A stretch of DNA of 64,000 nucleotides. Source: Macrostomum lignano (lineage: Eukaryota). A program made the translations under genes and the position numbers. Position 1 is the stretch's first letter. Each line of letters opens with the position of its first letter. The stretch is from positions 496,001 through 560,000 of the forward strand of contig NIVC01000391.1 of the NCBI GenBank assembly GCA_002269645.1, in the 5' to 3' direction. The notes beneath the pieces are model-generated. The model worked only from the letters and a program-made list of their open reading frames with translations, had not been told where the DNA came from and did no database searches. Positions 1 to 17,479 of the stretch are shown piece after piece.

Positions 1-641
1 AAATATTCGAAAAACGTGCTTTTTTGCAAAGGTAAAGCGAAAGTTTTCGACTTGAAATGCATTGTCAGAATGCTAGAGAAAAAACTGACTGACTGAATTT
101 TGATTCTGATAAAGATAGCATCACAATATACTTTATATTTATCTTCCATTGACTGGCTGTGTTTATTGGTGACGCAATTCAAGTTGGATTACCGCTCAGT
201 GTCGCAGCATAGCACAAGACTGCATTCCAGCTTCGGCTTGATTGACATTGCGTAACTATATTGTTAACTTTAACGAAAACAGATGAAGATGAAGACTAAC
301 TGAGACATGTCCACGTGTAAAATTCGCAAACTAAATTTAAAAGCTGGAGAAAGGGAGAGGGAGCAACATTGATTGAAAAGTCGCCACTCTATGCGCCAGT
401 GAGCAATTTCTCTTGGACATTCTGAAATAAAAGATACGAGAAAACTGCTCGGGGTAGCTTTAATCCGTCTAACCCTTGCACACCGCTCCCCCACTTCATT
501 CCTCGACTCAAGTCTACCGCGGCGTAGCTAAGTTGCGTCACTCGCAAAGATTGAGAGACTTCGCGAGTGCCTGCACTCTCAAAAGTGGCGATCACAGACG
601 GAATCTTCTGTGATGGCGACTTTTCGATGTTGCTGAGTATA

Positions 642-1259
642 CACTCAACAACAGTCAAAACCGCCACCCTACCGAGAGAGGCGACTTCTCTCTCACCTCA
701 ACTGCAAGTGACGTAACTTGCGCCACGGCGTGGCTAAAGCTGGGTGAGAGTGAATTCCAGGGTGAGAGTACAAAAGGGACTGGGGTTGGGGTTGGGGGTG
801 CAACAGTACACGTGACAATGGTCAGGCATATGACAGACGCTGAACGATGGCGCGCTGTTGGCATGCTAGAAGCTGGTGCATCCATCAGCGCAGTTGCTCG
901 CCAATTTGGCCGATCACGTTCAACAATTCGAGCGCTGTTACGAAGTCCCAAGATACTGGTAGTGTTCAGCACGCAGCCATAGGCAGCCAGCGCCATGATC
1001 TCCGCGGCTCAACAGCCAGGGCAAATTGACGTCTGCTGCGGATTGTCAGGCGAACTCCGACCGCACCAGCCACCCTGTTCCGTCTAATGTGGGGTGAAAG
1101 AAGCAGATGGGGCATCCCCTGCATCCCCTGATTGCCCTTTCCTGCATTCACTCTCACCCAGCTTTAGCCACACCGTGGCGCAAGTTACGTCACTTGCAGT
1201 TGAGGTGAGAGAGAAGTCGCCTCTCTCGGTAGGGTGGCGGTTTTGACTGTTGCTGAGTA
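642..1259 (+). mobile_element. Non-autonomous Tc1/mariner deletion derivative
   Basis: 114-bp near-perfect terminal inverted repeats (642-755 / 1146-1259) with TA on both sides. Internal ATG 818 reads MVRHMTDAERWRAVGMLEAGASISAVARQFGRSRSTIRALL, then after a frameshift KSQDTGSV, typical of the N-terminal HTH of Tc1 transposases. No DDE domain. Confidence 0.85.
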
Positions 1260-1604
1260 TATATCTACTTGATTTGCAGCGCAAGCTTAATGCGACATCG
1301 CTAAAAACCATAGTGGCCTCTTTTGAGATATTTTTTAAAAATTCATATACAATATTCAATGCTTCAATGCATAAAGCCAAAAGTATGAGTTCAAGTTCGC
1401 TTTATTGCCCTCTTTTAATGACTCTTGTGCTTTTTCTCTAATTTTCTTAGTGAGAAAGTGCGAAAAAATCAGTGAAAAACTTGAAAAGATTAGTGAGAAG
1501 GAGAAATGATTAGTCAGAAAATATTTATTAAGAGCAGGAATACCGTATTCAGTACACCCCTGTGCGCCAATCAGCACTGCCCCTCAGTGCGGCCTTGCCA
1601 AGCC

Positions 1605-1695
1605 AGCTCTGACTTTCATCAGCTCTGACATGTGTCTGCATCAGCTCTGACATGTGTCTGCATCAGCTCTGACATGTGTCTGCATCAGCTCTGAC
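1605..1695. repeat. 22-bp tandem repeat (CAGCTCTGACATGTGTCTGCAT), about 4 copies
   Basis: Direct reading. Confidence 0.9.
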
Positions 1696-2269
1696 TTCGT
1701 TGATCACTGGCCTACACCGAGACGGAGCTTCTGGACCTTCAACAGGTGGCACCAGGTGACTATGAACACCCTGATGCGGATTTCTCTAGTTTCGCCGATC
1801 AAGCCTCGACAGTGGGCAAGCCTCAACTGTTGGACATCCTAAGCTAGTCTCTCAAGCATTCCGTCATCACCCCGACACCGTCGGCACCTTCAACAGGTGG
1901 CATCAGGTGACCATGGAATCCTGTTGCAACTATGTCAGATTTTTCTTTTCAAGCTTCAATGGTGGACAAACCTCAACTGCTAGGCATCCTTAGCTATATC
2001 ATAGCTTAATCAAGTTATTGATTAAGAGAACGTGGCGGCTCGCGTAAGGCTGTGCGAGTTTCGGCCTGGCTTCTCGACTTGAGCGTCTATTTGGGCCATA
2101 TAATAGGCTTTAGAAGGGAGGCACTTAGACAAAGCTCTGCAGTCCGCTTTATGTTAATAAGCTGGCGGCAGTGGACCGCCACAAGAAACAGATTATCGCA
2201 AACGCAGAGAAAAGGTTAATGCAAAAGCACAGAAAATAATCATTGTGAAAGTAGAGAAAGCAGATAATT

Positions 2270-2350
2270 GCAAACGCAGAGAAATTGATTATTGCCAAAG
2301 CAGAGAAATTGATTATTGCCAAAGCAGAGAAATTGATTATTGCACATGCA
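2270..2350. repeat. About 21-bp tandem repeat (GCAGAGAAATTGATTATTGCC-like), 3-4 copies
   Basis: Direct reading; gives the EIDYCQSR repeat in a spurious ORF. Confidence 0.8.
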
Positions 2351-2903
2351 AAGAAAAAATGATTATTGCAAAATCAGTTTCGGAACACTGCAATGGGATT
2401 ACTGTAGCGCTGTTACGGATTTTCGTAAATATGTCTTAAAGTTATTGTAAAGGTGTATTGTTATAATTGTAAATTTGTAATTAAATAGTTGTGAAGCTGC
2501 TCTGGGATCATTGCAAAGCTGCATTTACATTAGTTTGTCTACTATGGGAGCATTGTAAAAGTGCTTAAAAAATTATGTCAAGCAGTGAAGCTCGTTTTGC
2601 ATAGCCATTAATTTAATGTGTCTTAGGGAGTTCAAGGGTCATGAGAGTGTCGTCTACATAGAGAGAGAGAGCCTCCCATAGAGAGAGATTGAACCGAGAA
2701 AAACAAGATGGAAACCGGCCAACCCGTTTACAAAAATATCTGCATTCCTTTCGCAAGGCCATGTGGTGGCGTGCCTGTACGATCAAAGGCGAAAAAACTT
2801 CGTAAAAATATTTACATCACCTCTGCCAGCTGCGGAGAAATTGTTCGGCCTATTGTCCTCTGCTCCTATTTTGGTCAAACGCTTTGCTCAACACAAAGCA
2901 TTT

Positions 2904-2916
2904 GTCTATAAATAGG
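2904..2916 (+). promoter_or_regulatory. TATA box (GTCTATAAATAGG) of the CUB gene
   Basis: About 100 nt upstream of ATG 3014; the identical 13-mer lies at 15089-15101 upstream of the paralog ATG. Confidence 0.7.
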
Positions 2917-3013
2917 TCGGTAAAGGAGTTTCAGCTCAAGCTCAGGCGGAAAAACAAAAGACGGAGTATCGGATAGATAGAAATCGTTGTTCAGAACAAC
3001 GCGTGCGAACTAC

Positions 3014-8837
<5,824 letters not shown>

Positions 8838-9496
8838 TCTCATCAACCATTCTGAATCTCATCCGCATCACTGAAAACTGGTTAAATATCATAGACGAAC
8901 AAAGTCATTGATTGCTCATTTCATTCAACAGGCGACTTGATTCGTTTACGAGCTAACTGCGTGTGGGAATCGTTGTGACCTATGAGTACTATGAGTACTA
9001 TGAGTACTATGAGTACTAAAACTCTCTGCTATTCTCTGCTTGTGTTTATCCTAGGCTATGGAGTTTAAAAAATATAGCATCCGAGATGAAAGCTACATTG
9101 TCTATTTATTACATCCACTTTTAAACTTGAGGCTTCGTAATCCGTATCTCTTATGATTTATTTCGATACTCCTCTTAGAGCAGGCTCAAGTGGAGAGTTA
9201 CTTTCACGTGATTTTGAGTCGGACTGTTCTGTTATCGCGATCTCCCGAAATAATTATAGCAAAATTTGGAAAACTGTTGAAAAATTCACATTATTACTCG
9301 TAATATTAGACAGTTATATGCATACAGGTCACTTTAGGTCAACGCGGTTGTGTCTTAGAAAAATCAAGTAATAAAATTGCTTTTAGCGTAGTAGCTAAAA
9401 GCTTGAATTGTAATAATGGAATAGACAAATTTGTTTTACGGCAAACAGTCTGGGAACTTATGAAGATGATGGCTCCTCACGAAGCTCAAGAACAAG

Positions 9497-9825
<329 letters not shown>

Positions 9826-9889
9826 CTTTCTTCGTAAATCACGAAATGGCATGCATGGTCTACATGTAGAGCTAGTTGTGGAGGTACAA

Positions 9890-11260
9890 GAGTGAGTCAC
9901 GCCCAAGGCGGCGTGCGTACCCCGCTTCTGTGGAATCTCGTCATGGACGAGCTCCTGACCGCTGGTATTCTCAACAGTCTCACCAGAGTGGGTTATGCGG
10001 ACGACGTCGCTGCGGTCGTCGGTTGGCCCGATCCCGATCTCTGCGCAACCTGATACAGCAATTCGCCAGCAAGGTGGCTGACTGGGCCACGTGGCATGGC
10101 CTTAAATTCAGCTGCGCGAAGACAGTCGTTGTCGCCTTCACCAAGCACCGAGGGTGGAAGATGCAAAACCTCACTGTTTATGGTAGAAACATCCCCTTTG
10201 AGAAGGAGGTCACGTATCTTGGTGTGACTCTAACGCATAATCTACGCCGGACGAAGCACCTTGACGACAACATTGGTCGAGCGAAGCGCAGTGTGCAGAG
10301 TAATCGGGCCGACCTGGGGCCTCTTCTCGAAAACGGTCCGTTGGATTTACACCGACATCATCCGGCCTAGAATCTTGTACGCGAGCTTCATCTGGTCTAG
10401 CGTGGAGAAGACCGCTCGGGAGCGCCTCTACTACCTGCAGGGCAGCATCTGCCATACCATCACAGATGCTGAACAATATCCTTCATTTACCCCTGCTTCG
10501 TTTGTTTACGAGGGCGGAGGCTATGAAATCCACCTCTTGACTTGACAGAAATAAAACGATAAATAACACACCTTCTGGGTTTATGCCAATGAAAACTCTA
10601 ATCCCACATACGGACTCCTTCCGTTGCGACCTTATTAACATCCACATCGCCCCGGGCGAGGCTTCCAGGAGGAGCTTCCAGACCGCCATTCCTGGTCGAG
10701 ACAGCATTCCGCTGGATGTCGGTGTGAACCGGCGCAGCCAGGGCATTGACTGCTTCACTGACGCCCGCTGTTTAACGGCCACACTGGAGCGGCTATCGCC
10801 ATCTTTCATGAGGGTAAGATGCTCTTTTAGAAAAGTCTGCATCTCAGTGAGAATGCCTCAGTTTTCCAAGCCGAAAATTGCCTCATTAAGCAGTGTCTCA
10901 GCACCTGCTCCAGGAAAACATCAGAAATTTTATTATTCACTTCTACACTGATAGCCAAGCTGCTATCAAGGCTTTAACCACCGAAAAATTTCCGGCTGCA
11001 ATGGTATCTCAATGCTACCACATTGTGCAATCTCTCTCAGTCCTTAACAGGATTAGAATTATCTCAAATCACCATTCGCGACTCGAATTGTCGAAAATCA
11101 CCCGCCATATCAACAGGTGGCTCCACCAGCAACACCAGCTTCACTGGAACAGTTCCACCGACTACAGGAAGACCCGCTCTGCGATGCCTAACCTGAACAG
11201 GAAAGTCTCTGAATATCTGATCTCCCCAGATGGTTTTCATCGCATGAATGACAGGAAAGA
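9890..11260 (+). pseudogene. Decayed 5'-truncated non-LTR retrotransposon (RT + RNase H remnant), relative of the element at 52408-58218
   Basis: From about 9900 one frame reads AQGGVRTPLLWNLVMDELL...VGYADDV; later [29 protein letters not shown] and [13 protein letters not shown], all matching ORF2 of the full-length LINE. Multiple frameshifts and stops. Confidence 0.85.
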
Positions 11261-11347
11261 ATAGCAGAAAATGTCTATAATAAAGAGGAGATCTCACGCT
11301 CCAACTGTGCTATTTAGAATTCCCACAGAGCTCTCAGACAAGCACGT

Positions 11348-11496
11348 GAGCCACAGAATGAGTCTAACTCTGAGCCACAGAATGAGTCCAACTCTGAGCC
11401 ACAGAATGAGTCCAACTCTGAGCCACAGAATGAGTCCAACTCTGAGCCACAGAATGAGTCCAACTCTGAGCCACAGAATGAGTCCAACTCTGAGCC
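11348..11496. repeat. 24-bp tandem repeat carrying the start codon (6 in-frame ATGs)
   Basis: Unit GAGCCACAGAATGAGTCCAACTCT; ATGs at 11358, 11382, 11406, 11430, 11454, 11478. Confidence 0.95.
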
Positions 11497-12610
11497 TTCA
11501 TCTCTGCGCCATCGCCTCCGCCCTGCTCGCCCTACCGGCCGTCTCGGCCCAGGCCGTCACGAGCTGGAAGCAGCTCCGAGACGACGTCTCCGAGAACCGG
11601 CTGCTCAAATCGATCCGAGCTCAAGGCGAGACGCACTGCGTGAGCAGCGCTGCGGCTGCCGGGGCTCAAGCGGCCTCCTTCGACGCTTCATCGGGCGGCT
11701 GCGACTTGCTGGTGTGCGACCGGGGCGGCAGACGGCTGCAGGAAGTGCCGGCATGACAGCGACCTGAGTCTGCCGGTGCTGTGGGTGAGTGAGCTGAGTC
11801 TGCCGGTGCTGTGGGTGAGTGAGCTGAGTCTGCCGATGCTGTGGGTGAGTGAGCTGAGTCTGCCGGTGCTGTGGGTGAGTGAGCTGAGTCTGCCGGTGCT
11901 GTGGGTGAGTGAGCTGAGTCTTCCGATGCTGTGGGTGAGTGAGCTGAGTCTTCCGATGCTGTGGGTGAGTAAGCTGAGTCTTGAGCCCCTGAGCACCAGT
12001 CGCTGACTGCATTGCTTTGTCTCTCGAACTGCAGATCAAGGAGTCGTCGGAGACCTGCTGGACAACGTTCCAGCACAGAGTCGACGGCTCCGTCAGCTTC
12101 AACCATGGCTGGTCGGAGTACGTCAGCGGATTCGGTCAGGGCGAGAGTCTCAACTACTGGATGGGGCTGGAGCAGCTGCACCAGCTCACCGCCACTGGAG
12201 TGTGGAGAGTCCGCTGGGAGTTCAGCGACTGGAACGGCACCTGGTACTGGGCTGAGAATGCTCCGTTCTCTGTTGGCCCAGCGGCTGACAAGTACAGGTG
12301 CTCGATGGGACCGCTGGACGCGAGCAGGTCGAGTGTCGGACAGCGAACTTATTCGGACTGGTCACCGAACAACTGGCAGTTCAGCACGCCGGATGCTGAC
12401 AATGACAACTGGGCTGGGGGCAGCTGCGCCCAGGACAGGTCAGCTGGTTGGTGGTTCGGCCAATGCAATTTCATCAACCCCAACGGAGTTTACCTGCTGC
12501 CACCAGCCGCATTTTCAGGCGGAGGAATGTACTATTATCTGTACGACGCTGGCCTGGAGCTGACGCTGTTCTACTCGATGAAGAACTTCGAATGCTTGAT
12601 TCGCCAGTGA
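11358..12610 (+). CDS. Secreted fibrinogen-related (FReD) protein, 2 exons, one apparent +1 frameshift in exon 1
   Basis: Signal peptide MSPTLSLHLCAIASALLALPAVSAQA (last in-frame ATG 11478). Exon 2 (12035-12610) has WTTFQHRVDGSVSFNHGWSEYVSGFG, YWMGLEQLHQLT, FSTPDADND, CA...GWWF..C...NPNGVY. Removing one G from the GGGG run near 11721 gives an open frame to donor 11785. Confidence 0.8.
11764..11981. repeat. 30-bp tandem repeat carrying exon end + splice donor (7 copies)
   Basis: Unit CTGAGTCTGCCGGTGCTGTGG|GTGAGTGAG; GT at 11785, 11815, 11845, 11875, 11905, 11935, 11965. Confidence 0.95.
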
Positions 12611-14133
12611 TGACGGAGAGTCACCCCGTGGAGCTGAGACTGCATGGATTTATGAATTCAACAGACTTAACTTTTCTTTTAGATAGAGCTGGCTGGCTGC
12701 ATGTAATATGCTTATTTGGGAACTCTGATGCCTCATTTATTATACGCTCGTAAACTGACAGATGTACTTTAGGCCCATAGGTACTTTAGGTACGAGTCAA
12801 TGGAAGTGCCTCTCTAGCTCTTAAACTGTCTGGTTTATTTGTTTCACATTATTCTGACGGTCGAAAGTCTATCTTAATGAACACTTATAAGAGCCGTACA
12901 CCTTCTTGCTCCCGTGAAACGACCCTTTTGGTGAATATTCGAAGTGCCTTCTTTGTAAGTAGTGTAATTCCCTCTGTCTCACCTAGATTGAGAATATTGT
13001 CATACGAGTAAAAAATTCTAAATCAAATAAAAAAGCAACACCTGCACCAAAGTGCAGAGGCAAATGGCACAAACTGCTGCTGAGACAGCTCCACATATGT
13101 CTGTTGTTCAGTCACATTCTGCTCCAGAATGACCAATTCTGTTTTGCTATTTAATGCGTGCAGTGAAACACCTTGTCAGTCGGCCCTCGGCCTGCTGCAC
13201 ATAGTAAATTTGAAACTAGCATCAGAGACATTGTTCGAAATGTCTATGGTAATTTACGTTAAGGCAATGACATTCAAGCAATGACCGATCATTGTGCCTA
13301 GTTTCGTTTGGGCCACAAACGATTGCGCCGACGGAAATTGTGAACTGAGTAAACTTTTGCGCGCCTTTCAGGCATCGAAACAGGAATACAACAGATTGCT
13401 TATCTGCGAATAGTCTATGGTCAAGCCGCCCCCCATCTTTGGATATTCCCAACGGGTTATATTTGGATATACCCATTTGCAGATGAGCAATCTGTATATT
13501 CCTGTATCAATGCGTTTGCGAGGATATTTTTTACGCTCACATCGTTACACGTTACACTTAAATCGGCCGAATTACATGGTTTGTTCCGCATGGGATCCTC
13601 GGGGCAAGCCTCTTCTTCGCTTGGCAGTGGTGGCAGAGCATCATCGTTACCGCATTCAATGAATCGGATGAACTCCATCAACTCTTCATTCGCCTCGTCA
13701 CGTCCACCCATACTCAAGTCGCTGAGAAAGTTGACCTCATTTCCATTCAAGCCGTCAATGCTTTCAATCGGCAAATTCGACCAATTTATCATTCGTATGA
13801 GTGGCATGAATATAGGTTAGGGCAAACAGAAGAAACAGGAACATGTATCCTCTGCTGCAGAGTTCCAGCTTATAAGACCACAACTTCATTTAACATGTTT
13901 CGTCTATGGTAATTTTAGACTGTTGCGCTTAACTTTTCGTTCCAGACGTTTAGTCTATGGCCATCATTTGGCTTGCGTCAAGTGGAAAATGCCTATGACA
14001 CAAATCCCTAGAATCGCTTAGTGAACAATTCCCGTCTGGGAAGCTGTGTCCAAGCCGTTTTGAATTGGTTTTTGGACGAAAATAGACACAATTCCACTAT
14101 CGAGAGGTCACGCTTCACACACAAGATGAAGAT

Positions 14134-14582
14134 GAAGGAATAGAAAGGATTGCTCATCTGAAAGCAAGTCTATGGCCAAGACTTTCTAAAAATTGGGATA
14201 CCCCCATGAATTTTATTGGCTTCTGGAATTCAATTATAGTCCCCCCCAAGTTCTTACTGGCTGAAGCTTGTACGCGGGGGAAATTCTAAAGTCACGATTA
14301 ACGTTAGAAATCTACAACTGCTTTCTTCCTCTGGGCCACGACGGTTTAAGGGAAAGAAATTAGCATTTGAAACAAGAGAAAAGGTTATCTATGTCAATGC
14401 TACAGCTTAGCACGCGCGTTAATAGTTAATTTCCCCCGCGTACAATCTTCAGTCATTAAGAGCTTAGGGAGGACTATTATTAAATTCCAGCAGACAATGA
14501 AATTCATGGGGGGAATATCCCAATTTTTAGGAAGTCTTGGCCATAGACTCGCTTTCAGATGAGCAATCCTTTCTATTCCTTT
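14134..14582. repeat. Imperfect inverted repeat, arms about 170 bp
   Basis: 14134-~14305 (AAGGAATAGAAAGGATTGCTCATCTGAAAGC.AGTCTATGGCCAAGACTT...GTACGCGGGGGAAATT) matches the reverse complement of ~14415-14582. Confidence 0.85.
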
Positions 14583-15210
14583 ATCCATAGTCTAAGAGCG
14601 TAAAATACGAGCTCGTAAAATAGTCTATGGTTGTAAGTGGGGGCTTTGATCCACACCCCCATTCCCCCTTCCCACTCGGATCCTGATGGACAAATTGACC
14701 AATGAAGTTAGCTGGCCGCTCGTGTCTATGGCCATTACCATGAATTCTCACTTCCAGACAACCCCCATTGCTTAACTTGTGTAATTATAGGGAGCGGTAC
14801 GTCACCATCTGCCCCTGCCTTATGAGCAAGAGAGAGATAGGCGGAAAAAACAATTGGTGATCTGAGCAATCTGTTTACAACAACGTTACACATTCTTGTC
14901 AGCAGCTCCCGTGGTGGCGTGCTCTTCTAGGCAGAGAATTTTTCACAGCTCAGACTGCTCTGGGGCTGTTTCCGACTCATGTATAAATGAATAGCGCGAC
15001 TGGCAGTCTATTTTTATTTCTTTGTTTAAATAATAATTGAATCACTCCACAAACTCCAGCTCGTACTCTTAAGCGGAAACAATTTGCGGTCTATAAATAG
15101 GCCAAATTTCTACAAATACCAGCGGGAATCTTTGCTCGGAAACTGCGGTACATCTCTTGCAAGAAGTTACTCATTTCAACAGAATATTTCAACTCAAAGT
15201 CAGGACCTGC

Positions 15211-16619
15211 ATGGCGGCTGAAACGCGTAAGCAGACTACGAGCGCGTACTAAGATTGCTGCGGTTATACTTTATCAATACAGTATGGTTGTCAAGAGAGT
15301 AATTCAAACCTGCATTCATATTCCTAATAGAACTCAAATGTTACTTTTCAGACAAGTTCCTTCTGCTGCTGATTGAGCTGCTGCTGATCGGACACGTGTG
15401 TCTCATCAGCATCCCGGCACACTGTGAGTAGCCAGAATAACTGCTTGGCAATGAGTTTCATACAAGGATTATGGACTGGTTGGGACAAATAAATCAGTAT
15501 TATATGCAGCTCTACTGATGCTTTTAAATAAAATAAATGCACAAAATTCTCTCTGCAGATTCGACCTTAAAGCCGGAGGATTTAATGGATGCGACTGCTG
15601 AACCTGAAGGCCCGACAGCTAAACCTGAATTCCCATCTGCTAAACCTGAAGCCTCAACTACTGAACCTGAGGCCCCGACTGCTAAACCTGAAGAACCGAC
15701 TGCTAAACCTGAAGAACCGACTGCTAAACCTGAAGAACCGACTGCTAAACCAGAAGAACCGACTGCTAAGCCTGAAGAACCGACTGCTCGACCTGAAGAA
15801 CCGACTGCTAAGCCTGAAGAACCGACTGCTAAGCCTGAAGAACCGACTGCTAAACCTGAAGAACCGACTGCTAAACCTGAAGAACCGACTGCTAAGCCTG
15901 AAGAACCGACTGCTAAACCTGAAGAACCGACTGCTAAGCCTGAAGAACCGACTGCTCGACCTGAAGAACCGACTGCTAAGCCTGAAGAACCGACTGCTAA
16001 GCCTGAAGAACCGACTGCTAAGCCTGAAGAACCGACTGCTAAGCCTAAAGAACCGACTGCTAAGCCTGAAGAACCGACTGCTCGACCTGAAGAACCGACT
16101 GCTAAGCCTGAAGAACCGACTGCTAAGCCTGAAGAACCGACTGCTAAGCCTGAAGAACCGACTGCTGTACCTGAAAAACCGACTGCTAAGCCGGAAGAAC
16201 CAACTAGGAAACCTGAAGAACCGACTGCTAAGCCTGACGAACCGACTGGGAAACCTAAAGAACCGACTGCTGAGCCTGAAGAACCAACTACTAAGCCTGA
16301 AGAACCGACTGCTAAACCTGAAGCCTCAACTGCTGAATCTGAAGCCCCAACTGCTAAACCTGAAGCCTCGACTGCTCGACCTGAAGCCTCAACGCCTTCG
16401 CCAAGAGTCCCAACGCACTCTTCTGAGCCCTCTACTCGTGCTCCAACTACTCCCTCTCCATGTGAACCTAAGAAGCCGGAATCCCCTGAACGATGGATCC
16501 TGAACCTATGCGTCAGAAGTCTCAGCTTGTGCTAAAAAACTCTGAACTCATGCGCCACAAGCCTGGACTCCTGCACTAGGCTAAACACACAGCAACAGCG
16601 CTCATTCAGGCAAGGCTGA
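15211..16619 (+). CDS. CUB-less paralog of the 3014-8837 gene: signal peptide + PEEPTAK stalk + Cys-heptad tail; premature TAA at 16533
   Basis: Exons 15211-15226, 15352-15423, 15559-end, phase-1 GT-AG introns. N-terminus MAAETHKFLLLLIELLLIGHVC matches MASETGKFFLLLFELLIFGRLC. Tail LNLCVRSLSLC*KTLNSCATSLDSC matches LNECMKNLSVCSQSLNSCASSLASC. Confidence 0.8.
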
Positions 16620-17233
16620 CCTCACATAACCTATACTTAATCGCCACAACTGCTTCTGAATCTCTGACTATTACACCAAACCTGCTCGCATCCAGCTTGT
16701 ACATATACACACGTCGCTCACTATAATAACGATACACCAAAATCTACTTGTACTCGTATAAAGGCGTTCATGTACAAGCTGTATACGTACATGTGCACAC
16801 CGTGACGAAACATTACTAAACAAATAATAATTAGTTATTTGCGTTGCTCGCATGCTCAAGTGAATGCTTTAATTAATTTTACATTCAGTTTCACCAATCA
16901 AAGTCTATGTCAACAAAGTTATGCATCAATTATCATTTCGACCACGGAATTGATTTTAACCAATTTTAATAGCAAATAAACAATATTAACGCTATATATC
17001 TTAAAAGCTACGTAAAACATTTTATACGGATTTACATCACCGACAGTGTTTGAGTCTGAGACTTCATAGAGATGTTTACAGGTATAATTAGCAAAAAATG
17101 ACACTGGATCATCCGTTCTAACGATTAAAAAATGCTACATGTACGTACCGATACTTATACACTGTAGCTTATATTTCAGAAATACGCTCGTACTATAATA
17201 CAAGGACTTCTAGACTATCAGGACGTAAAACTA

Positions 17234-17479
17234 AAAGATCGTGCAAGTTTTTGGAGGCCACGATTTCCTGGAAAAAATACACTGCGGAGATAGGAAAAAA
17301 TCAGTTTTTCGTCAAAAAATCTGTGATTGTATTTGATCTGGGTCAGTGAAGACTACCATTCTTTTAATTTAACAAGCAAAACATTTTACTGATGTTACTG
17401 ATAGGAAAACTGATTTTTCCTATCTCCGCAGTGTATTTTTTCCAGGAAATCGTGGCCTCCAAAAACTTGCACGATCTTT
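17234..17479. mobile_element. Fold-back / MITE-like element
   Basis: Near-perfect inverted arms of about 75 bp (17234-17308 / 17406-17479) around a ~95-bp spacer; no clear TSD. Confidence 0.65.

Noticed and set aside
13222-13820. Minus-strand ORFs 13222-13476 and 13457-13807 as a transposase or recombinase
   Set aside because: No recognisable catalytic motifs; cannot be supported without a search
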